From: an uncultured Methanosarcinales archaeon | GTDB lineage: Archaea; Nanobdellota; Nanobdellia; Woesearchaeales; JACPBV01 | Length of the DNA: 64,000 bases | Assembly (NCBI GenBank): GCA_964577685.1 | Contig: CAZNZT010000005.1 | Location: 4,185 to 68,184, forward strand | Direction: 5' to 3' | Shown here: positions 57,183 through 64,000 of the stretch, piece after piece | Layout: every line of letters starts with the position of its first letter | Numbering within the stretch: the first letter of the stretch is position 1 | Program-made: the position numbers and the translations under genes | The notes under the pieces: model-generated | What the model was told of the DNA's origin: nothing | Database searches by the model: none | The model's input: only the letters and a program-made list of their open reading frames with translations

Positions 57183-58463
57183 TTAAATCACCTCCATTTT
57201 TGCTCCTAATGCACGCATTGATTCTACATAATTCGGATAAGTAATATTGATTGCCTCAGCTGTTGTTATCTCTGTCTTTCCTTCTGCTATTAAACCTGCT
57301 AGACTAAGAGCCATCACAACTCTGTGGTCACCGTGTCCCCTTACCTTACTTCCTTTTAGGATGCTTTTATTAATAACAAGACCTTCTTCCCTTTCTTTGA
57401 TATCTGCATTCAACTTAGATAATTCTTCAGCCATGACTTTTATTCTATCAGTTTCCTTTACTCTTGCTTGAGGTACATTGACTAGGGTCGTTGTTCCTTC
57501 TGCAAAACATCCTGCAACAGCCATTGAGGGCAGAGCATCTGGGGTATTATTTAGGTCTAATTCACATCCATAAAGTTTTTTTCCCATTATCCTTATTCCA
57601 TTTTCTTCAATTAATATCTCAGCATCCATCTTTTTGAGATAATCCAAAATCGCTTTATCTCCTTGGACATCATCCGTATCTAGACCTTTAACTAAAACAT
57701 TTGAATTGGTAATAGCAGCTCCAACGATAGGGAATGCTGCACTGCTCCAGTCTGCAGGTATCTTTTTTTCAAAGCTTTTATATCTTTGATTTCCAAAAAC
57801 CCTAAATTCTGTAAAATCTTCTTTTGCTTCATATTTGATTCCTTGTTCATCTAACCAGCTTAGGGTCATTTTTATGTAAGGTATCTCATTAGGGTTTATT
57901 ACTGTGATTATACTATCTTCCTCAAGTAGGGGGCAGGCAAGAAGAAGACTTGAAACATATTGTGAAGTGAAACTATTAATCTCGGTTCTCCCTCCTTTCA
58001 TTTTTCCCCTTATTTTTATTGGACAGTATCCATTATTATTTATAGAAAGTGCCTCTGCACCAAGCTGGTTGAGAGATTTTAATAATGGTTGTATAGGCCT
58101 TGTTCTCAACGAGCTATCACCATCTAATTCAACTTCGAAGTCACATAAAGCAGCAATAATTCCTGATAATAGCCTTAAAGATGTTCCAGAATTAAGCATA
58201 TTGATTGGCTCATCAACATACCTTGGCTTATTGTCAAACCCTTCAACAATCCATTCCTTATTATTATCTGTATTTATCTTTGCTCCTAATGTTCTACAAG
58301 CGTTTACAGCAGCCATTGTGTCTTTTGAATTCAGTGGATTTATTATCCCGGATCTTCCTTCGGCAAGAGAGGCTATTATAACAGCCCTAATAGTATGCGA
58401 TTTAGAGGAAGGGACAGTAATTTCTCCTTCTAACCTGTCTGTTTTTTCAACGCACAGCTTCAT
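57183..58463 (-). CDS. aroA: 3-phosphoshikimate 1-carboxyvinyltransferase (EPSP synthase)
   Basis: VPSSKSHTIRAVIIASLAEG, LNSKDTMAAV, the GTSLRLL loop. 426 aa. Confidence 0.85.
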   Translation of the reverse strand: MKLCVEKTDRLEGEITVPSSKSHTIRAVIIASLAEGRSGIINPLNSKDTMAAVNACRTLGAKINTDNNKEWIVEGFDNKPRYVDEPINMLNSGTSLRLLSGIIAALCDFEVELDGDSSLRTRPIQPLLKSLNQLGAEALSINNNGYCPIKIRGKMKGGRTEINSFTSQYVSSLLLACPLLEEDSIITVINPNEIPYIKMTLSWLDEQGIKYEAKEDFTEFRVFGNQRYKSFEKKIPADWSSAAFPIVGAAITNSNVLVKGLDTDDVQGDKAILDYLKKMDAEILIEENGIRIMGKKLYGCELDLNNTPDALPSMAVAGCFAEGTTTLVNVPQARVKETDRIKVMAEELSKLNADIKEREEGLVINKSILKGSKVRGHGDHRVVMALSLAGLIAEGKTEITTAEAINITYPNYVESMRALGAKMEVI

Positions 58464-58464
58464 A

Positions 58465-59904
58465 TCAATCAGCCTCCAAAAAGAGCCTAAATTGTTCTTT
58501 GGCTTGGTTTATGAACATGCTATAGCCACTTATTGTAATTAGACCTAGTTTTTCAGCGTCTTTTAAAAGTTTTGTTTTTTTAGGGTTATAAACGGAATCA
58601 AATATGACAGAACCTCTTTTTGTTATTTTTCTCAGAATTTTTTTATTTATAGGTGTTTCTTCAATTTTTGGGAACATTCCCAAAGAGGTTGCATTTATTA
58701 CAACATCAATCTCCCTTAGAGATATTAAATCATCCAAGCTACCCCATAAACAATTTAACTCTTTAGCAAGCTTCTTTGCTTTGCTAACTGTTCTGTTCAA
58801 AATAATGAGATTACCTTTATTCTTAACAATACCATAGGCTATTGCTCTGGCTACACCTCCAGCCCCAATTATCAAAATGTTCTTGTCTTCTATTTTGGTT
58901 TTTGAGAGAATTGCTTTTATTGCTCCTATCATGTCAGTATTATAACCGATAAGCTTATTATTTTTTTTAATCACGGTATTAACTGCTCCAATCTTCTTAG
59001 CTGTTGGTTCTATTTTGTCCAGATACCTTATTATTCTACTTTTAAATGGGATAGTAATACTTAGACCACTAACCATAGATTTGTAATTTTTAAGGAAAGA
59101 ATTGAGATTATCAACTAAAAAATTTAAATAAATATAATTCAAATGAAGCTTTTTAAATCTTGTATTGTGGAGTATAAAGCCTTTGCTATGTTCTACTGGA
59201 TTTCCAACCAAACCAAATATTTTTGGGTCTTTCAATTTTTTTACTCTGTAAATATTCTTTAAAGTGTTAACATCAACTTGTCCAGGTGCTGATTCCATTC
59301 CTTTCTCCAATGAAGCAAAAGTTAAATATGCACCCATAGGTACACTCAGAATTCTGCTTATCTCCCCCAGTTTGCCCATACAAAAAGAGATTATCTTTGT
59401 GTTATCACTATTTGCTTTTCTTATTAAGTCAAACATATTTTTGTTGTCATCTATTGAGTTCGCAAATGTTACTATCTTTATAATATCTGGATTCAAGGAT
59501 TTTATTTTTCTGTATTTGGTTAGTATTTCTTCTCTATTTGTATTTCTGAAGTTATGGTAAGACACTATTATCTTTGTTTTTCTCTTTGATTTTATTAATT
59601 GCTTGATTGTTTCAGTTCCTGTTGATAATTCCATATCAATAAAATCCACATTAAGGTCCATCGCTTTTTTAAAAAATTCTATCCTCTTACTCTCCATTAT
59701 TTTGTGCTTTCCGCCTTCTTCTTTTTTTCTTATTGTGACTATAAGCGGTTTTGTTTTATTTAGTATCAATTTTTCTAGAATATTAGGAGTAAGGTTCTTC
59801 AAATAATCAAGTCTTAGCTCTATTATATCTGCGTACCTGCTTGCTTTTTTTATAGATTTAACTGCTTGTTTTAAGTTATAAGCTATTATGGGTACTGCAA
59901 TCAT
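58465..59904 (-). CDS. aroDE: Bifunctional type I 3-dehydroquinate dehydratase / shikimate dehydrogenase (AroD-AroE fusion)
   Basis: The N-terminal half has an AroD-like TIM barrel (IAVPIIAYNL...ELRLD). The C-terminal half has AroE motifs (SITIPFK, GAVNTV, GYNTD, IIGAGGVARA). The track start 59928 is TTG; ATG 59904 overlaps the aroB stop (ATGA). Confidence 0.8.
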   Translation of the reverse strand: MIAVPIIAYNLKQAVKSIKKASRYADIIELRLDYLKNLTPNILEKLILNKTKPLIVTIRKKEEGGKHKIMESKRIEFFKKAMDLNVDFIDMELSTGTETIKQLIKSKRKTKIIVSYHNFRNTNREEILTKYRKIKSLNPDIIKIVTFANSIDDNKNMFDLIRKANSDNTKIISFCMGKLGEISRILSVPMGAYLTFASLEKGMESAPGQVDVNTLKNIYRVKKLKDPKIFGLVGNPVEHSKGFILHNTRFKKLHLNYIYLNFLVDNLNSFLKNYKSMVSGLSITIPFKSRIIRYLDKIEPTAKKIGAVNTVIKKNNKLIGYNTDMIGAIKAILSKTKIEDKNILIIGAGGVARAIAYGIVKNKGNLIILNRTVSKAKKLAKELNCLWGSLDDLISLREIDVVINATSLGMFPKIEETPINKKILRKITKRGSVIFDSVYNPKKTKLLKDAEKLGLITISGYSMFINQAKEQFRLFLEAD

Positions 59905-60992
59905 CTGCTTTCCTTTAGTGCCCCCCAAATTATTTTTTTTGGTACCTTTATGCCAAATTTTGCTTTTCCTATTTTTTCTAATAACACAAACTCTATTTCT
60001 CTACCAACGTTTTTTTTGTCTTTTTTTAACTGTTCAATGAATTCCCTGATATCAATATTAGGTAATTTTTTAACTAATCCTGCCCTAAATAAGAGGTTAT
60101 TCTGTCTGTGCAATTCTTTTTTGGATAGCGATCCAATTTTGTTTGATATAAGCCCTTCTACTAGCATACCAATAGCAACTGCTTCTCCATGAGAATACTT
60201 TTTATAATGCGTTAATGTTTCCAGTGCATGTCCTATTGTATGACCATAATTTAACACTTTTCTAAAGCCTTTTTCTTTTTCATCTTTCATTACAATATCT
60301 GCCTTTATCTCACAACTTCTCTTTATTAATCGGATTAAGATGTTTTTATCTTTATTTAGTATCCTATCAAGATTTTTTTCTATAAAGTCAAATAGTTTTT
60401 TATCTTTTATGAGGGCATGCTTTATTATTTCAGTCAGTCCATTCCTCATTTCTTTTATTGGTAATGGTCCTAAAAGGCAAATATCTATGTAAACCCTCTT
60501 CGGCTGATAAAAAGCACCGACTAGATTCTTTCCTTCTGGCAAATCAATGGCTACCTTGCCCCCTATAGAGCTATCTACCATGGCTAAAAGAGAGGTAGGA
60601 ATGTGCACATAGTTAATGCCCCGCATATATGTGGCTGCTATAAATCCCGAAATGTCACCTACAACCCCCCCACCTAAGGAGATAATCGCTGATTTTCTGT
60701 CTAACCCAAAAGAGACAATTTTTCTCATAAGCTTCTTAAAAACCAGTAGATTCTTGTTTTTTTCTCCAGATTCAATTGATAGAAGATACGAATTAATCCC
60801 CTTTTTTTTCATCAATCTAAGAAATGTTTCTCCAAATAATTTCTTAGTATTAGAATCGGTTATTATCACATATTTATTACCTAATTCATTCTTTTTTAGG
60901 TCTAATGGAATCCTATTGAGTATACCATTATCTATTAAAATATCATATGAATTGTCTATCTGTTTTTTTAAATTCAAATGAACTTTTTCCAT
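59901..60992 (-). CDS. aroB: 3-dehydroquinate synthase (classical AroB type)
   Basis: LGGGVVGDISGFIAATYMRGINYVHIPTSLLAMVDSSIGGKVAID, HGEAVAIGM. Confidence 0.8.
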   Translation of the reverse strand: MEKVHLNLKKQIDNSYDILIDNGILNRIPLDLKKNELGNKYVIITDSNTKKLFGETFLRLMKKKGINSYLLSIESGEKNKNLLVFKKLMRKIVSFGLDRKSAIISLGGGVVGDISGFIAATYMRGINYVHIPTSLLAMVDSSIGGKVAIDLPEGKNLVGAFYQPKRVYIDICLLGPLPIKEMRNGLTEIIKHALIKDKKLFDFIEKNLDRILNKDKNILIRLIKRSCEIKADIVMKDEKEKGFRKVLNYGHTIGHALETLTHYKKYSHGEAVAIGMLVEGLISNKIGSLSKKELHRQNNLLFRAGLVKKLPNIDIREFIEQLKKDKKNVGREIEFVLLEKIGKAKFGIKVPKKIIWGALKESR

Positions 60993-60994
60993 AT

Positions 60995-62008
60995 TTATAA
61001 TCTCCTTCCAACAGCTCTTGCAATTAGTTTTAATTCTTCCATTAATTTCAAAAAGTTTTTTGGTGTAAGGCTCTGAGCTCCATCTGACGCTGCTTCCTCT
61101 GGTTTGGGATGTACTTCTACCAATAAGCCATCTGCACCAGCAGCAATAGCTGCTTTACTCATTGGAGCAACCAAATCATACCTGCCTGTTCCGTGACTTG
61201 GATCAACGATAACCGGCAAATGTGTTTCTCTCTTTAGAGCAGGGACTATGTTTAGGTCAAGTGTATTCCTTGTGTACTCACAAAAAGTGCGTATACCTCT
61301 CTCACATAGAATAATGTTGTGGTTTCCTTCAGCCATTATGTATTCTGCTGCCATTAGGAATTCTTTGAGGGTTGCTGCTAATCCTCTCTTTAATAAAACA
61401 GGGGTGTTGACTTTACCAACAGCTCTTAGTAGATCAAAGTTCTGCATATTTCTTGTTCCTATCTGCAAGATATCTGCATAATCAGATACAAGTGGAACAT
61501 CTGCTGTATCCATTACTTCGGTTACAATAGGCAATCCAGTAATTTTCCTTGCTTTTGCCATTAATTTAAGGCCCTCCTCTCCCATTCCCTGAAATGAATA
61601 TGGAGAGGTTCTTGGTTTAAAGGCGCCACCCCTAAGAAGTTTTGCTCCAGCTTTTTTAACAGCTTTAGCTGTTTCAATAATCTGTTTTTCACTTTCAATA
61701 GCACAAGGACCAGCCATGATTATTATTTCATTACCGCCTATCTTCACGCCTCTAACTTTTATAATAGTATCTTCCTTTTTAAACTCCCTAGAAACAAGTT
61801 TATAGGGTTTAAGGATTGGTAGGACCTTTTCAACAACAGGCATTGCCTTAAGCTGATCTGCTTTTAATAATGACTCATCACCTATAGCACCAACAATTGT
61901 TCTCTCTATACCCCTTGAAATATGTGGTTTAAGGCCCATCTTTTTTATTTTTTGTACAACAAGGTCTATATCTTTCTTGGTTGCTTTGGCTTTTAGCACA
62001 ACTATCAT
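60995..62008 (-). CDS. 3-deoxy-7-phosphoheptulonate (DAHP) synthase, class I-beta (KDO8PS-related, with N-terminal regulatory extension)
   Basis: GPCAIESEKQIIETAKAVKKAGAKLLRGGAFKPRTSPYSFQGMG, DP(S)HG. Confidence 0.8.
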   Translation of the reverse strand: MIVVLKAKATKKDIDLVVQKIKKMGLKPHISRGIERTIVGAIGDESLLKADQLKAMPVVEKVLPILKPYKLVSREFKKEDTIIKVRGVKIGGNEIIIMAGPCAIESEKQIIETAKAVKKAGAKLLRGGAFKPRTSPYSFQGMGEEGLKLMAKARKITGLPIVTEVMDTADVPLVSDYADILQIGTRNMQNFDLLRAVGKVNTPVLLKRGLAATLKEFLMAAEYIMAEGNHNIILCERGIRTFCEYTRNTLDLNIVPALKRETHLPVIVDPSHGTGRYDLVAPMSKAAIAAGADGLLVEVHPKPEEAASDGAQSLTPKNFLKLMEELKLIARAVGRRL

Positions 62009-62958
62009 TTTTGAACCTCCTTATCCTTATATCTTAATAGAGATTTTACTTTAGCAATTATGTTGTCCTTGGTTAAACCATATTTTTTATAAAGTTCTTT
62101 TGGTTTTCCAGATTCACCAAATCTATCATTAACCCCAATCATACAGATTCTTATAGGATAATTCTTAATAAGAACTTCTGCAACTGCAGAACCAAGGCCC
62201 CCTATTATATTGTGGTCTTCAGCGGTTATTATTGCCTTGGTTTCTTTTGCGGCTTTAATTATTATTTCTTGGTCTATTGGTTTTATTGTATGGATATTTA
62301 TAACCCTAGCTGAAATGTTCTCTCTTTTTAACTCATCATGGGCTTTTAATGCTTCATGAACTAAAGCTCCTGAAGCGATTATTGCAACATCATTTCCTGG
62401 CTTCAAAAGAACCCCCTTACCTATCTTGAATACGTAGTCTTCTTTATTGATTATTGGTAATTTCTCCCTTAATAAGCGTAGATAAACCGGACCTTTGTGT
62501 TTTGCTATTGATTTGGTTGCTTTCTTTGCCTCTATAAAATCGCAAGGTTGTATTACAGTCATTCCAGGGATTCCCCTCATCAAAGAAATATCCTCTAACG
62601 ACTGATGAGATGCACCATCCTCTCCTGTTAATAGCCCTGCATGAGAGCCTACTATCTTTATATTTAAATTTGAGATTCCAGCGTTTAATCTAATCTGACC
62701 ATATGCTCTTCCTGTTATAAATACCGCAAAGCTTGAAGCAAAAGGTATTTTTCCTGATGCTGCCAAACCTGCTGCAGTAGCTATTAAATTTTGTTCTGCT
62801 ATTCCAACATTAAAAAATCGCTCTGGATATTTTTTCTTGAACTTTTCGGACCTTGTTGATTTTGATAAATCTGCATCAAGGACCACAACCCTTTTATCTT
62901 CTCCAAGTTCTAGTAACGCCTCTCCATAGCCATCTCTTGTTGCTTTTAACTCGTTCAT
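62005..62958 (-). CDS. tkt: Transketolase, C-terminal (pyrimidine-binding plus C-terminal domain) subunit
   Basis: Split-transketolase arrangement. FNVGIAEQNLIATAAGLA, GEDGASHQSLEDI. Confidence 0.85.
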   Translation of the reverse strand: MNELKATRDGYGEALLELGEDKRVVVLDADLSKSTRSEKFKKKYPERFFNVGIAEQNLIATAAGLAASGKIPFASSFAVFITGRAYGQIRLNAGISNLNIKIVGSHAGLLTGEDGASHQSLEDISLMRGIPGMTVIQPCDFIEAKKATKSIAKHKGPVYLRLLREKLPIINKEDYVFKIGKGVLLKPGNDVAIIASGALVHEALKAHDELKRENISARVINIHTIKPIDQEIIIKAAKETKAIITAEDHNIIGGLGSAVAEVLIKNYPIRICMIGVNDRFGESGKPKELYKKYGLTKDNIIAKVKSLLRYKDKEVQK

Positions 62959-63794
62959 TTCAGAGTTCTAAGTACCTCCTTTAATTGTTCTCTTGTTAGA
63001 GCTTTACCATGCCATTCAAGTTTATTTTCCATAGAAGGGACTCCCTTACATTTTATTGTGTTTGCAATGATCACCTTTGGTTTTTCTTTTACGAGTTCTA
63101 CCTCTTCAAAGGCTGTTATTATTTCATTAAAGTTATGTCCATCTATTTCTATTGTGTACCAACCAAAAGATTTGAATTTATCTCTTATTGGCTCTATGTC
63201 CATAACTTCTTTTGTCGTACCATCTATTTGCAATTTATTCTTATCAAGAATAGTTATTAAATTATCTAGCTTATAGTGAGATGAAAACATAGCAGCTTCC
63301 CAAATGTTACCCTCTTGTACCTCACCATCGCCAAGCAGAACATAAACTTTGTAGTTTCTTTTATCTAACTTACCTGCTAATGCTATACCACTGGCAAAAC
63401 TTAGTCCTTGACCAAGTGGTCCGGTGGAAGCTTCTACACCTGGACATCTCGTACTTTCTGGATGACCTTGCAAAAAAGAACCCAGTTTTCTTAGACTCTT
63501 TAATTTACTAATAGGAAAATAACCACTTCTTGCTAAGCATGAATAGAGAGCTGGACATGCATGACCCTTGCTCAGGATGAACCTATCCCTATTGGGCCAA
63601 TCTGGCCTTTTGGGGTTGTGCCTTAATTTATAAAAATATAATGTTACGAGAATATCAGTAGCAGACAAACTACCTCCTGGATGTCCTGAACCTGCTTCTG
63701 TAGTCATCTCTAAGATATCCCTTCTTACTTCTAGTGCTATCTTTTCAAGCTTTTTTATTATATTTTTTCTCATTTCTTTGGTTTTTTTAATCAT
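62955..63794 (-). CDS. tkt: Transketolase, N-terminal (TPP-binding) subunit
   Basis: GSGHPGGSLS, GHACPALY, GDGEVQEGNIWEA. First gene of the aro operon; the 4-nt overlap with the C-terminal subunit suggests translational coupling. Confidence 0.85.
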   Translation of the reverse strand: MIKKTKEMRKNIIKKLEKIALEVRRDILEMTTEAGSGHPGGSLSATDILVTLYFYKLRHNPKRPDWPNRDRFILSKGHACPALYSCLARSGYFPISKLKSLRKLGSFLQGHPESTRCPGVEASTGPLGQGLSFASGIALAGKLDKRNYKVYVLLGDGEVQEGNIWEAAMFSSHYKLDNLITILDKNKLQIDGTTKEVMDIEPIRDKFKSFGWYTIEIDGHNFNEIITAFEEVELVKEKPKVIIANTIKCKGVPSMENKLEWHGKALTREQLKEVLRTLK

Positions 63795-64000
63795 TCATTA
63801 TTTTTAAACTTTGTGTCTTAAAAATTTTTAGAGCATTTAAAAAGAACCAAAAAGGAAAAATGAGATAGTATTTAGTAAATAAAGTAAAAAAACAAGAACA
63901 TAAAGAATTCCTTAAAAACAAACCAACTCTGGTGTTTAGGCATTTTTAGGTTACTTAACGGGCTTCATATTCTTCCAGGCTACTTCAAACAGATTATCTA

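Overview
This 64-kb window is very AT-rich (roughly 30% GC by eye) and gene-dense, with about 67 protein genes, mostly tightly packed or overlapping (ATGA-type junctions). I found no rRNA or tRNA genes, no CRISPR array and no clear mobile element. The gene content points to an archaeon: TFS, FEN1, PAN, RFC small subunit, Hjc, the EndA tRNA-splicing endonuclease, archaeal-type PheRS alpha and beta, archaeal TyrRS, Pelota, and archaeal CTP-dependent riboflavin kinase and riboflavin synthase. GGAGGTG-like ribosome-binding motifs precede several start codons.

The most striking feature is a co-directional 10-gene block at 13135-23259. It combines fatty-acid-type enzymes (a FabZ-like hotdog dehydratase, two thiolases flanking a DUF35 fusion protein, FabG, an acyl-CoA dehydrogenase, EtfB/EtfA) with the two canonical bacterial-type phospholipid backbone genes, two PlsC-family acyltransferases and a textbook GpsA (NAD(P)H-dependent sn-glycerol-3-phosphate dehydrogenase). 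This is a lipid-divide-crossing module in an archaeal background. No G1P dehydrogenase or GGGP synthase is present in the window.

Other notable regions:
- a partial, extremely K/E-rich repetitive gene on the minus strand at the window start, missed by the ORF track, with an internal near-identical duplication;
- a five-gene minus-strand envelope cluster (43531-50041) with three paralogous lipobox proteins and a large polytopic membrane protein;
- an RbkR-like riboflavin kinase heading a rib cluster, with a perfect palindrome upstream;
- a proteolysis neighbourhood (PAN, two M29-like, M24 and M16 peptidases);
- a 9-gene aromatic amino acid operon (split transketolase, DAHP synthase, aroB, aroD-aroE fusion, aroA, aroC, tyrA, pheA) with no shikimate kinase gene, whose aroC has its conserved N-terminus upstream of any canonical start codon.

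The supplied ORF track allows GTG/TTG starts. I hand-checked many start codons and corrected several, but not all.
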